The notes under the pieces were generated by a model. The model had not been told where the DNA came from. It made no database searches and worked only from the letters and a program-made list of their open reading frames with translations. Positions 37,573 to 52,129 of a DNA stretch of 59,148 nucleotides are shown piece by piece. The position numbers and the translations under genes are program-made. Within the stretch, counting starts at the first letter, position 1; each line of letters opens with the position of its first letter. This stretch comes from Octopus sinensis (Eukaryota). The stretch is taken from contig NW_021832992.1 in the NCBI RefSeq assembly GCF_006345805.1, forward strand, positions 1 to 59,148, written 5' to 3'.

Positions 37573-40500
37573 TCATCATCATCATCATCATCGTTTAACG
37601 TCCGTTCTCCATGCTAGCATGGGTTGGACGGTTCGACCGGGGATCTGGGAAGCCAGAAGGCTGCACCTGTCTCCAGTCTTATCTGGCAATGTTTCTACAG
37701 CTGGATGCCCTTCCTAACGCCAACCACTCCGTGAGTGTAGTGGGTGCTTTTTACGTGCCACACGCACAGGTGCCAGGCGAGGCTGGCAACAGCCATGGTC
37801 GGATTGGTGCATTTTACGTGCCACCGGCACGGAAGCCAGTCGAGGTGGCGCTGGCATCGGCCACGATTCGGATAGTGCTTTTTACGTACCACCAGTCCAG
37901 GGGTCCTGGCATCTGCCGGGTGCCAGTCATAGGATTGGTTCAATTTCGATTTCACTTGCCCCAACATGTCTTCGCAAGCAAAGGGGGTTGGCATGGGTGC
38001 CTGTCGTTGGATGAGGTTCGATATCGACTTCGCTTGCCTCAACAGGTCTTTGTGTCCAAGGGAGGAAAGGCATGCATAAGTGGGCTGGGCTCACTTGTCC
38101 TGCCTGGTCTTCTCACATACAGCATATTTCCAAAGGTCTCGGTTGCTGGTCATTTCCTCAGTGAGGCCTAAAGTTCAAAGGTCGTGCTTCACCACCTCGT
38201 CCCAGGTTTTCCTGGGTTTACCTCTTCCACGGGTTCCCTCAACTGCTAGGGATTGGCACTTTTTCACACACCTATCTTCATCCATTCTCGCCACATGACC
38301 ATACCAGCGCAATCGTCTTTCTTGCACACCACAACTGATGCTTCTTAGGTACAACATTTCTCTCAAGGTACTAACGCTCTGTCAAGTATGTACACTGACA
38401 TTACACATCCATCGGAGCATACTGGCTTCATTCCTCGGGAGCTTACGCATGTCCTCAGCAGTCACGGCCCATGTTTCACTGCCATGTAGCATGGCTGTTC
38501 GTACACATGCATCATACAGTCTGCCTTTTACTCTGAGCGAGAGGCCTTTAGTCACCAGCAGAGATAAGAGCTCCCTAAACTTTGCCCAGGCTATTCTTAT
38601 TCTAGCAGTTACACTTTCAACGCACCCACCTAGATAACGGAAGCTATCAACTACTTCTAGTTTTTCCCCCTGGAAAGTGACGGAAGTTGTTTTCTGCAGA
38701 TTTTCAGAGGTTAATGCTCCCGAGCATCTGCCACATACAAAAACTATCTTCCCAGTTAGCCTACCTTTGACATTGCTGCACCTCTTATGTGTCCATAGCT
38801 TACACTGGGTACATCTTATAGAGTTTCTACCTACACCTTTTCTACAGATCGAGCAGGGCCATCTTCCTGAAGACATTTGTGGATTGTCTACCTTCCTACT
38901 TATTAGTACTTTGGTTTTAGCTAGGTTGACTCTAAGGCCCCTCGATTCTAAACCCTCCTTCCACACCTGGAACTTCTCCAGTTCTGATAGTGACTCAGCA
39001 ATTAGAGCAAGGTTGTCAGCATAGAGGAGCTCCCAGGGGCACCCTGTCTTGAATTCCTCCGTAATTGCCTGGAGGACTATGATAAATAGGAGGGGGCTGA
39101 GTACTGAACCCTGGTGGACCCCAACCTCTACTTTGAATTCTTCTGTGTACATGTTGCCAACCCTAACCTTACTTACGGCATCTCTGTACATGGCTTGCAC
39201 AGCCCTCACCAGCCATTCATCTATCCCTAGTTTCCTCATTGACCACCAGATAAGGGATCGGGGGACCCTGTCAAAGGCTTTCTCCATGTCAACGAAAGCC
39301 AGGTACAGGGGCTTATATTTGGCTAGGTATTTCTCCTGCAGCTGCCTTACCAGGAATATAGCATCAGTGGTACTTTTCCCTGGCACGAACCCAAACTGCA
39401 TCTCATCTAAACTAACTCTCTCTCTAATTAGTTGGGCTATGACCCTCTCCGTAACCTTCATTACCTGATCCAACAGCTTAATACCTCTGTAATTATTTGT
39501 ATCTAGGGCGTCACCTTTACCTTTGTAGCAGTTGACTAGTATGCTGCTACACCAGTCATTGGGTATGACTTCTTCGTGTATCACCTGGTTGACTATACGG
39601 GTGACTAGGTTATAGCCGACACTGCCAGATATTTTGAGCATCTCTGCAGTAATTCCTGATGGGCCTGGGGCTTTCCCTGTCTTCATGCTTCTAATTGCTT
39701 TAACTACCAAAGAATTTTCAACTCGGATGGCTGGTCCCTCTGTTGGGTTGACATTCAGCAGACTCTCTTTATCCCATTCATTTTCTTTATTCAGCAACCT
39801 TTCATAGTGGCATCTCCAAACCTCTCTCTTTGCATCCTCATTTAGCGCAAGTGAACCATCATCCATGCGGACACATTTCTCTCCTACCACATCACAATTC
39901 TCTCTCACACACTGTCTTGCAACACGAAATACCTCAAGTCTTTCATTCTCAAGGCTCAGAACATTGGCAAATTTTTTCTTATCCGCTTCCCCTCTGGCTA
40001 AATAAACCTGTCTCCTAGCTTCCCTTCTGGCTGTCTGATACAATTCCCTGCTACCACCGTTCTTCCAGTCCTTCCAAGCCTGTCTCTTTTGTCTAATAGC
40101 CCTGTCAACCACAGTGTTCCACCACCACGTTACTCTGGGTCGAGATGGTACTTTGCTCCATCCACAGATCTGGTCAGTGGCTGTCAGCAGATTGTCCCGT
40201 AGAAATCTCCAGTTGTCTTCCACATTAAGTGAAGCTATATCCCCTTCTATTTTGTCAAAGGCTTCGAGTAGTATGTCTCTAAATCTCTGTCCATTTGCAG
40301 GATCTTTAAGCTTCCAAACCCTTCTCCTCCAAGCTGGTCTTCTTCTGGGCAACCATTTAGCTCTGATCCTGAAGTCGCTAACTACTAATCTATGTTGAGG
40401 AGTACATTCTTCGCCTGGAAAGGTTTTGGCATTTATAAGCAGCCCTCTCTCCCTTTTTCTGGCAAGGATGTAGTCAATCTAGCTAGTGTGTCTGCCAGAA

Positions 40501-40870
40501 CGGTAGGTGACTAGGTGAGAGGTGGGTTTCCTGAAGTTGGTATTGCTGACCATAAGGTCATTTGCATTGCAGAACTCCAGCAGCCTGGTTCCCTCCTCAT
40601 TACGAGAGCCAAAACCGTAGCCTCCATGAATGCCATGGAAGCCCCCGACATGCCGTCCAACATGTCCATTGAAATCACCTGCCACGAAGAGAAGGTCACT
40701 GTCATTTGTCAACGAGGTAGTCTGCAATAGGGTGTCATAGAATTGGTCTTTTTGTCCTTCCGGTAGCCCTGGTTGAGGGGCATATGCCGAGATGATGGTA
40801 GCTGACCTATGGTGAAGGATTAATCTAATTTTAAGTACTCTGTCACTTACTCTGACTACCTCGATTACCT
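37573..40870 (-). mobile_element. 5'-truncated RTE LINE (copy 3)
   Basis: 656-aa ORF 38382-40352 highly similar to copy 1; endonuclease pieces to ~40870; (CAT)n tail at 37573-37592. Confidence 0.95.
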
Positions 40871-41421
40871 AATAACAATAATAGTTAAATAAATACATAT
40901 CTTTAATAAATAATCAAACAGAATTAAACAATATTTCTTAAAGAAATAAGAACATGATTCTTCTTATAGAAGAAATTCCATTAACTAAATTTTAAACTTA
41001 AAAAGTAGGACCAAGTGTTTATAATACATTTATCATGTTAAAAACCTAATGTAAAAAAATAGAGCAAATAGGTAGAAATTTGTATTTTATCTGTGAAGAT
41101 ATATTTTAGCTTTGAGAATAATCTAAACAGGCTATAGTATATATTTACTGGAAAAATATAAGTCCAATTAATTAAAATAAAAATACTTCAAATACATCAT
41201 ATACTTAAGTTAAGCTAAATTACTATAATTTAATCTATATTCATTAATTAAATTATATATTAATTTATTAATTAAATAAACATCTAATTTGATCCTTATT
41301 CTATGTACTAAACCCTATACAAATATGTGTAGACTTATAATATATCTTATATTAACAATGCTACAGCCACAACCCTGTAATAGTATTTTGTATATATTTC
41401 AACAATATACTCAAAAATAAC

Positions 41422-42350
41422 TTAGCCCTTTCGTTACTATATTTCTGACCAAAATACACCCCTTATGTGTTTCAATTAATTTCTAACATAATCATAAATT
41501 TAGTCTGGTTTCATTAAACAACTATAACGTTTTTATTTATCAATATATTAATGTGAATTTTGGAAGATAATTTAATGAAATGTTCTCAACCAATTCTATA
41601 CTATAATTTTTGTCACAAAGTGACTCTAATTGCAGGTAGATACAGGTAAATTCAACAAAATATAAAATTATTAAAATTTTGTTCAAACATCGCTATAGAA
41701 AATGGGTTATTAGCTAATATTCAATTGGGTATACAACAAAATTTTACGATAGAATTTGTTATTCTGGGTAACTTTCTGATACCCATAATAATATTTATGG
41801 CAACATCGTCTTAATTTTATTTAAGGTTATGGGAAACCACTAACTATCCTTTCTTTCGTTTCCGCCATAATGATTTCAAATAGGCTCATTCGAAAAAGTA
41901 AAAAGAAATAGTCTAAGGCTTTACTCTTCTGGGAAAGTCTGTGGCTTGGTCCAGTTTCTTCAGAAAAATCACCGAAAGAAACAGTTTTTAAATTTTCACT
42001 CTAGTCAGGTGCCAATTCATTTTCTTTATCGCTGTCGGAGCTCTCGGATTCACTGTTTTCACTTTCGGAAAATGAAACATCAGATTCATTATCAAATATC
42101 ACATGCTTTTTTTTTTCAGTCATAGAGTTAGATTTATGAAGGTCTTCAGTAGAAAATCCTTCGAATTCTGACTCGCTGCTTGATAGATTGAAATTCGTAT
42201 CCATTTTTTGTCAGAATTACAAATTTTGAAAACACAATAGGAACAAATTTCGGAAAAAAATCTCCCAAAATTCACGGAATTAAAATTACACTTCGATTTT
42301 TGTACAAAACTGTAGTTGAACTCTTTACGAAGTATAATACATATTTTCAA
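41422..42350 (-). mobile_element. piggyBac-family internal-deletion derivative
   Basis: Terminus tta(g)ccctttcgttac resembles TTAA+CCCTT; acidic N-terminus MDTNFNLSSSESEFEGF... followed by KALDYFFLLFSNE/FEIIMAET, matching the piggyBac transposase N-terminal motif. Confidence 0.7.
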
Positions 42351-44165
42351 TCAATAGCTAGACTTAATAGTAAAAACATTAAGTTAGCCAGGAGTAGAAT
42401 GAATAGTAACAACATGGATAGTAATAATAATTGTAATAACAGCATCAACAATAGAAATAACAATAATAATAATAATAATAATATTAATAAAAGTAATAAT
42501 AATGGTAATAATAGGGATACTAAAAATAATACTAAAAATGATGATAGCAATAATAACAACATCGATATAAATATAAACAATGATAATAGCAATACCAGTA
42601 ATGTAGGTAATATAGGTATAAGTATGGTAGATGGGAATGATAGTGAAAATGGATTAATAAATAGTAACCCTATTTTGGATATCAATATGACCACTAAAAA
42701 TGAAAATAATACTTATAATATTACTAATATTTTAAATAACAGTAATGTGAGAGAACTATCCTTAAATAATTCCAAATCTGAATATTATCTCCCCAGTTGT
42801 AATTGTAGGATTAGATCAAATTGTCCAGTATCTGGTCGTTGTTCGGTCCAAAACGTAGTTTATAAATGCACTATAATAACTTCTAACGGTAGCTTTTTTT
42901 ATCTCGGATGTTCTGTGGATTTTAAATGACGTCTTAACAACCATTTCTCCTATTTTCGATTAAAACACAAGGCAGGTTGCACTACACTATCTAGCAAAAT
43001 TTGGGAACTTAAAACAAATAATATAGGATACAACCTAAAATGGGATATAGTTAGGAGGGCAAAACCTTATAGAAATAGTAGAGTAGGCTGTCAACTCTGT
43101 CCTATGGAAACCTATGAAATTTTAAAGTATCGAAGTAACAAAAATCTACTGAATAATCGTCTAGAGTTAGGATTATCTTGCATACATTCCACAATTAGAA
43201 CTTTTAAATACTTTAAGTAGAAATTTAAGTTTTCCTACATTTCAAACTTTAATAATATGAGATATACTATACTAACCTTTAATTTACTTTCATAGTCGAC
43301 TAGATTAACTTCACTGTAATCTTGAATTTGTATCCTTCCCCAAATCTATTCTAATTTTAATATTCAATACTATTCCCCCAGTTATAAAATATGACACCTG
43401 CTATAAATTAGATGATAGGTTTGTTCCCCTACCCTTTGTAAAAGAATTTAATTGACCTCTGGACATTGACCTAGATTTTTTCTCACCACATAAAAATAAC
43501 TGGCTTTTTGTTCTAGTGACAACCTGAATTCCCTTCATGTATTCTAAATTCTTCATTTTTTCTTGAACTAACTTAAACCCCTTTTACAGTATTCTTTCAC
43601 ATCCCCTTACCTAAATTCCTACTAAAAAAATTCTGATGGCTCTCAGTTGCAAGTAGGGTTTTGGTCAGTTAGTAGCTGACCTACTACCTCATATGTTCCT
43701 AAGAATTTAATGTTCTTTCTACACTGACCTAAATTTTTTGTCACCACATAGATAAATTGACCCTTTGTTCTAGTGACAACCTGTTCTTCTTTTACATATC
43801 CTGAATTTTCCAGCTCTTTTCTTCAACTAATTTGAATTCTTTACCTGCCCATACCCCAATCCTTATCTTTAAAGAAATTTTCTTACAGCAGTCAGTTGTA
43901 AACAAGGTTTTGGTCAGTTGGCATCTGAACTACAAGACCTCATGTTCCTAAGATTCATATCTACATCTTTATCTGTATATATACCTTCCCTAAGATGTTA
44001 TTAATTGATTTGAAAACTTTATATTATTGGAAAACCTATATAAAATTAGCTGGAGATTACTCGGCATCCTAAATCTGCTGTAATATTTACAGCTTTTAAT
44101 AAAATGTTGTAGTATGAAACAATTGTACTAAATTACTGGATTCATTCTTGTTGCTTATTTTTGAG
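42350..44165 (+). mobile_element. Penelope-like (Naiad-type) 3' part: Asn-rich linker, GIY-YIG, UTR with ~258-bp duplication, hammerhead variant
   Basis: CNCRIRSNCPVSGRCSVQNVVYKC..FYLG..FK*RLNNH..TTLSSKIWELK..CQLCPME..LLNNR..CIH. Confidence 0.85.
44046..44131 (+). ncRNA. Hammerhead motif variant (CUGGAGA core, possibly inactive)
   Basis: TTAG-CTGGAGA-tTAC...GTAt-GAAAC-AATT-GTA^-CTAA. Confidence 0.6.
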
Positions 44166-44285
44166 TATATATATATATTATATATATATATTATATATAT
44201 ATATACATATATATATATTCATACATATCTAGACGTATTTAATATATATATATATTATATATCTGGACATATTTATAATATAATA

Positions 44286-44323
<38 letters not shown>

Positions 44324-44619
44324 CATATATCTCTAGACGTATTTATATATATATATTATATATATATATATACATATATATCTAGACGTATTTATATATA
44401 TATATATATATATATACATACATATCTAGACGTATTTATATATATATATATATACACATACATATCTGGACGTATTTATATATATATTATATATATATAT
44501 ATATATGCATACATACATATCTAGACGTATATATATATATATAACATACATATCTAGACGTATTTATATATATATATATATACACATACATATCTAGACA
44601 TATTTATATATATGTATGT

Positions 44620-44653
<34 letters not shown>

Positions 44654-44677
44654 GATATAATATATACATACATAGAC

Positions 44678-44708
<31 letters not shown>

Positions 44709-44776
44709 CATACATATCTAGACTTATTTATATATATATAATATATATATATATATACATACATATCTAGACTTAT

Positions 44777-44833
<57 letters not shown>

Positions 44834-44880
44834 ATATAGACGTATTTATTTTCTATATATATATATATATATATAAACAC

Positions 44881-44911
<31 letters not shown>

Positions 44912-44940
44912 ACACGTCTATATATATATATATAAATATA
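44166..44940. repeat. (TA)n with CATACATATCTAGACGTATTTA minisatellite, about a dozen units
   Basis: Direct inspection. Confidence 0.9.
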
Positions 44941-45082
44941 AAAGCAATTAAGATTCAAGTACCTTCCAATGAATTTACTTGAATGTGGTACTTAACTTAG
45001 ATGCACCAGAAAAACTATATGGTGTTATCCATACAGTAATGTGGGGTGATTATAAACGAGAAAGAAGCAACAATGGATTGGT

Positions 45083-45173
45083 TTTTAGTACAATTGTTTC
45101 ATACAAAGACAGGCTTTATTACAAGTTGCAAAAATTGCAGCAGATAAAAGTGTCCCGTACTCATCAGCTAAAA
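45083..45173 (-). ncRNA. Canonical minimal type I hammerhead ribozyme
   Basis: TTTTAG-CTGATGA-GTACGGGACA...TGTCTTTGTAT-GAAAC-AATT-GTA^-CTAAAA. Confidence 0.85.
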
Positions 45174-47297
45174 TACATTTGAGTTCTCTAGACATCTTAG
45201 TGGGTGAAGTTATTCATGAAATATTGGAGATAGTTCCATTAGAGGCAGATATAGGTGTAAACAGTTTTCCAAAGTTCCTTAATGATGATGCACAGTCTTA
45301 TCACAAATTTTAAAAAACTTATTAGTTTCGAAGAGAAGATGATCAATCCATAGTGTAGATTTAAATTTCCAGAGATATGAGGAGGATGATGCACAGACTT
45401 ATCACAGGTTTTAAAGACTTATTAGCTTCACAGAAAAGGTGAATAATCATAGTGAAGATTTACATTTCCAGTGGTAGATGAGGGATTTCATACTCACAGA
45501 CGATGTATTTAACCATTATTAATCCACAATCATTTCATGCTATATGATAAGGTAATTTGCCATGTTATTGCTCTCTGTGCAAAACTGCTATGTTGAGAAT
45601 TCTAAAGGCTGAAGGAATTTATTTGTGGGGCAAAGAAAAGAAAATAAGATAAAAGAAAAAGGAAAGAGACAAGGAAAAAAGAGAAAAAGAAAAAGGAGAA
45701 GAAGAAGAAATAAGGAAAAGAAAGAAAAAGAAAAAGAAAAAAGAAAAAGAAGAAAAGGGAAAAGAAAAAAGGAAAAGGTGGAATGGGGAGAAAAGAAAAG
45801 GCGCCTATATAGAGTATACTTAGCGGAGGGGTTTTTTAAGTGACCAAATACAGAAGAATTTGTAGATAGCTTAGTTAGCTTGAATCTTTAAGAATCTTTA
45901 AGAATTCAGGAACTATGAGGAAAGAAAATTATTATTATTATTATTTTTTTTTTTTTTTGACCAGTACACAGCTATTTACTATCAACCTGACACAGATGAA
46001 AGCAGATATGAATCTAAAGAGAATTTAAAGAGATAAACAAGGTCAGGGGTAGAGGGGTCAATAGCTATGCTAAAAGGAAATACAATAAGAGAAAGGATCT
46101 AAGTGCAACCCTTAACCAGAGGTCATTTAAATTATTTATTTATTTATTTATTCATGTTACTGTCTTAAAAATAACATTAAGGGACTACTGGTCAAAACCT
46201 AGAATTTAATTAACAAGGTGTGATGGAATTGTCTATTTTATTGAAGTTTATCATACTACTTTCAAGGGAGTTTCTTCGCTTAATTAATTCTGTGATAGAA
46301 TTGTTAAGCTTTAGTAACTTAATTTATTAAAGTAGTGTTACCTAAACTAGATTAAGTTCCAAAATTTAAAATTTAAAATTTAAAATTAAGATTTAAGAGT
46401 TAAATAAACACTAAAAATTAAGATTTAAGAATTAAGAATTAGATAAACTTTCAATTAAGCAATGTACGAATACTATTTTAATTTCCCAATGTTTAAAATC
46501 AGGTGTAGTTACAAAGAAAAAGATAAGTATAGTGTGAGAAATCGCAGATATCTACTTAAAAAATAATGTTATACTATTAAAGACCCGGTTATATTTATCT
46601 ACCTATCTTGTTACGATTGTTCTATACATTTATTCACTTAAAATATTTAGGGTCTTCAATTTAGCGTGGACACAAACTTCATATGGTTATTTAACAAGTT
46701 TCTATTTTTCTATGCTTAGAATTTCATAGGTCTCCATTGAGCAGAGTTGGCAACCAACCCTGCTATTTTATACGGTATTGCTCTCCTAACTATTTCCCAA
46801 TTAGATTATAATTCTTGTTATTATTTTGAGTTCCCAGATTTTACTTGAAAGTGTGGTGGTACCAGCTTTATGACGTAATCCAAAAGATGAGATGTGGTTT
46901 CTAACCCTTTATGAAAATTTATTGTGCACCCAATGTAAAAAAATTTGTTATTCTCAGTAGATATGGTACATTTATAGATTACGTTATTTTCCCCGCAAAG
47001 ACCGGGTGCCGGGCATCTTGACTTAATTCTACACTTACACGCAGGAGGAACAACTTCAGAAGTTGGATTATTCATGGGTAGATGTCTTATGTTCTTATTA
47101 TGATTATCATGAGTATAATTATCCTTATTATTATTATTATTTTTATAGTTGGTGCTGTTATCTAAAGCATTGTTATTATTTATTGATCCTGTTGCTCCAT
47201 CTTTTAGGTCTAAAGTCCTACCATGATTATTTACATTATTAGTAATGTTACTATTATTGTTAGTATTATTATCAAACTGTATATTGTTACTATAGAT

Positions 47298-47930
47298 CAT
47301 CATCATCATCATCATCATTTAACGTCCGCTTTCCATGCTAGCATGGGTTGGACGGTTCAACTGGGGTCTGGGGAGCCCGAAAGCTGCACCAGTCCAGTCA
47401 GATCTGGCAGTGTTTTCTACAGCTGGATGCCCTTCCTAACGCCAAACCACTCCGAGAGTGTAGTGGGTGATTTATGTGCCACCGACACAGGTGCCAGACG
47501 AGGCTGGCAAACGACCACGCTCGATGGTGTTTTTTATGTGCCACCGACACAGGTGCCAGACGAGGCTGGCAGACGGCCACGCTCGATGGTGTTTTTTATG
47601 TGCCACCGACACAGGTGCCAGACGAGGCTGGCAGACGGCCACGCTCGGATGGTGTTTTTATGTGCCACGACACAGGTGCCAGACGAGGCTGGCAGACGGC
47701 CACGCTCGGATGGTGTTTTTATGTGCCACCGACACAGGTGCCAGATGAGGCTGGCAAACGGCCACGATCGGATGGTGCTTGTTACGTGCCCACAGCACGG
47801 AGGCCAGTCGATGCGGTACTGGCTACGGCCATGTTCGGATGGTTTTCTTATGTGCCACGTGCCACCGGCACTGGTACCACAAAGATACAAATTCCATTGA
47901 TGTTCATCTATTTTGATTTGTTTTGATTTT
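47298..47930 (-). mobile_element. RTE 3' UTR fragment with an expanded ~61-bp tandem array
   Basis: (CAT)n tail; near-identical to 344-850; about 7 units of gtgccaccgacacaggtgccagacgaggctggc. Confidence 0.92.
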
Positions 47931-49029
47931 TTTATCATTGATATTTTCCTTCTCCGCGTTTTCTCTATTAGCCTTACTTCTATTATTAACATTTTTACTT
48001 CTATTAGTATCGGTATTATTACTACTCTTATTACTGCTAATATTATTATTAGTCGTTTTGTGGTTACTGATTCCATCCGTGTTTTGATAGTTACTATTGT
48101 TGCGTTTATTGTTGTTAGTATTGTTATAATTGTTATTGGTATTCATGTTGTTTTATTATTTTTATTTTCATCTTTCCTGGCTAGTTTAATGTTGTTATTA
48201 TTAATCTTAGCTATTAAAGTGGACATATTTTGGGAGGGTTGAATAAGAAATTCTAACTGTTTTCTAGAAATAATTCTATGATATTCTATGAGAGATTGGG
48301 AAATTTTTTCTAGAATTACTTTTTTGAATTTGCTCTGTATATCCGATTGAATCGCACAGTTGAAGGAATATTCAGCCTACTATATCTTTTTTATTTTTAT
48401 TTCTATTAAATTTCCTTGATTAGAATCAGGGTTCGTAAATTATTATTATTATTCATCTTATCAAAGTCATTGTACTTACTACTATAATTGTGTGCATTTT
48501 GATTTATCTAATTCCATTTTATCCGAATTACCTATGCTTTGGTTTTTTACTTCTATTTGAATTATTGGGCTCTGTACGCTAGATTTGTGGTTACCGTGAA
48601 TCTATTTCTACTTCTATTTCGGGCCTGGTTTATATTGCTGCTTATATGATTAATGATAACTTCTTATTAGGAATATGTAAGTTCCCCTTATCTATGAATG
48701 TAATTTTTGGTTGTATCCTGCCTTAGTAAACGCTGTATTATAATGCTCAGAATGGGAGTTAAATATATCCTTATTTGAAGATAATTTTGAAATTCTTAAT
48801 GAATATTTCTGGCTAAAGATTCAATATATTTGGTGGATGGTTGGATAATTGTTTTTCGTATCTCATGATGATTTCGCCTTCTTTTTCTAAATGGGTAATG
48901 CAGCTTGGAGTTAAGGTCTAACGTAATATCTAGGAAATTAACTATTTTGTGGCCAGGTTCATACGTTATGTTGAGGTTAAATCCTTAAAGAACTTATTAA
49001 TTTATTTAAGAAATAATGGTGTAATTTGC

Positions 49030-49815
49030 ATGCTCATTGTATATATATGATATATAATAAGTCGTAGATTGGGCAGAATCTGGATGACGTCCCGCTCTGC
49101 TTGACTAACGAAGCGACTGGTCAAAACAGGAAACAAACATAGGCAGATATAATGCAGCGATTGGTCAAAATAATGATGACGCTCCCGTTCTACTTGACTA
49201 ACGAAGCGACTGGTCAAAACAGGAAACAAACAAGAGGGAGTTATAATGCAGCGATTGGTCAAAATAATGATGATGTCCCATTCTACTTGATTAAAGCCAC
49301 CTAACGAAACGATTGGTCAAACATTGATGACGTCACGCTACGCTAGATTGACCCCTAACAGGCATTATAAAACCGAGCATTTCACAAAAACTCACTAGAA
49401 CCACCCAGCGAACTTCCACCATGGGTCATCACAATTGCTTAGGTAAAAATGAACCTCGCTCTTTTCGCATCAATCTTCTGGAAACATCAATTCGTATTGA
49501 CCGCTTCCACCACTTGATCTCTTTTTTGTATTGTATACGTATCGCCACCGTGGGCCACTGCATCGAACACTTTGAACATATACTTCAAACTATATATCAA
49601 CTATACATGAACTATATATCAACTATACATGAACTCTAAGATGTCTGACTCCGTTGTGTATTATAAATGAATTTTTGTGTTTGAAGGCATGAGCTGTCTT
49701 TTTTTATATATAACTTTTTTGATAAGGTTCATTTCAGGAACTGAAACATGTTATAATGTATATATAAAAATTAAAAATTGTATTATACAGCAGCATTTTC
49801 GAACTTCATTTTTTA
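49030..49815 (+). mobile_element. Probable Penelope terminal repeat with Pol II promoter-like motifs and a decayed hammerhead
   Basis: Repeated ATTGG boxes, TGACGTCA at 49328, TATAAAA at ~49366; ttgataa-ggttc...gaact-gaaac-atgtta at ~49719-49753; ends in (TA)n. Confidence 0.45.
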
Positions 49816-49818
49816 CAA

Positions 49819-49819
<1 letters not shown>

Positions 49820-49850
<31 letters not shown>

Positions 49851-49974
49851 ATATATATATATATAGATATATATATTATATATATTGTATATATATGTGA
49901 TATATATATATATGTATATATATGTGTATATATATATATATATGTATATATATGTGTATATATATATATATATG

Positions 49975-50015
<41 letters not shown>

Positions 50016-50246
50016 ATATATATATATATATATGTATGTATATATATATATATATATGTATGTATATATATATATTATATATATATGTATGTATTATATT
50101 AATTATATATATATATATGTAATTATATATATATATATTATATATATGTATGTATATATATATATCTATATATATATATATATGATGTATATTATATAAT
50201 ATATATGTATGTATGTATATATATATATATATATAATGTATGTATG

Positions 50247-50281
<35 letters not shown>

Positions 50282-50405
50282 ATTATATATATATATATAT
50301 GTGTATATATATATGTATGTATTATATATATATATGTGTATATATATATGTGTTATTATATATATAGATTATATATATGTATGTATGTATATATTATATA
50401 TATAT

Positions 50406-50446
<41 letters not shown>

Positions 50447-50557
50447 GTGTATATAATATATATTATATATATATGTGTATATATATATATATATATTATA
50501 TGTGTATATATATATATATAATTATGTATATATATATGTGTAATATATATATATATG

Positions 50558-50592
<35 letters not shown>

Positions 50593-50665
50593 TGTATATA
50601 TATATATATATATAATATGTGTATATATATATATATATGTATGTATATATATATGTGTATATATA

Positions 50666-50696
<31 letters not shown>

Positions 50697-50955
50697 GTGT
50701 ATATATATATATATATGTATGTATATATATATTGTTATATATCATTATATATATATATGTATGTATATATATATATATATATATGTGTATATTATATATA
50801 TATATATGTGTATATATATATATATATGTATGTATATATATATGTGTATATATATATATATGTATGTATATATATATGTGTATATATAGTATATATATAT
50901 GTATGTATATATATTATGTATATATATGATATGTTTGTATATATATATATATATG

Positions 50956-51014
<59 letters not shown>

Positions 51015-51504
51015 GTATATATAGGTGTATATATATATATATGTATAATATATGTGTTATATTATATATATTATGTATGTAATTATATATATATATATAG
51101 GTGTATATATATATATATATGATGTATATATATTATATATATGTATGTATATGTATATATATTGTATAGTATATATATATATATGTATGTAAGGTATATA
51201 TATGTGTATATATATATATATATATATGTATGTATATGTATAATATATGTGATATCATATATATTAATCTATATATGTATGTATATGTATATATATGTAT
51301 ATGTATATATATGTGTATATATATATATATATGTATGTATATGTATTATGTATATATATATATATGTATGTATATGTATGTATGTATAATATAGCTATAA
51401 TTATATATGTAGTATATATATGTATGTATATATATGTATGGATATATATGTATGTATAATATATTATGTAGTTATATATATATATGTATGTTTATATATA
51501 TGTG

Positions 51505-51537
<33 letters not shown>

Positions 51538-51596
51538 GTATGTATATATATATATATGTATGTATATATATATATGTGTATATATATATATATGTG

Positions 51597-51643
<47 letters not shown>

Positions 51644-51736
51644 TGTATGTATATATATATATATGTATGTATATAATATATATATGTATATTATATATAT
51701 ATGTATATTTATATATGTTATATATAGATATATATG

Positions 51737-51767
<31 letters not shown>

Positions 51768-51769
51768 GT

Positions 51770-51800
<31 letters not shown>

Positions 51801-52066
51801 GTATTATATATAATATGTATAATATATATATGTATATATATATATATATATGTCTATATATATATATATGTTATATATGTATATGTATATGTATATATAT
51901 ATGTATATGTATATGTATGTATATATATATATATGTATATGTATATGTATGTATATTATATATATATATATATATATATATGTGTTATATATATATAATA
52001 TCTATATATATATATGTGTATATATATATATAGATATATTATATGTGTTATATATATATATATATA

Positions 52067-52099
<33 letters not shown>

Positions 52100-52128
52100 G
52101 TGTATCTATATATTATATATATATATAT
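49820..52128. repeat. (TA)n/(TATG)n microsatellite, ~2.3 kb
   Basis: Direct inspection. Confidence 0.95.
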
Positions 52129-52129
52129 G

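Larger units (their letters stand above)
44940..49020 (-). mobile_element. Penelope-like (Naiad-type) element: RT C-terminus, Asn-rich linker, GIY-YIG, long 3' region with hammerhead; interrupted by an RTE fragment
   Basis: KIVNFLDITLDLNSKLHYPFRK (~48885-48950), SNHPP, CKCRIKSRCPAPGLCGENNVIYKC..FYIG. Confidence 0.85.

Noticed and set aside
42927-42929. In-frame TGA in a Naiad-type GIY-YIG read as selenocysteine (also ~27533)
   Set aside because: Not at a conserved Cys position; best explained by CGA-to-TGA decay; no SECIS identified
47474-47870. CRISPR-like array of ~61-bp repeats (also 510-790 and 9630-9950)
   Set aside because: No unique spacers, no cas genes, eukaryotic context; the units lie inside RTE 3' UTRs
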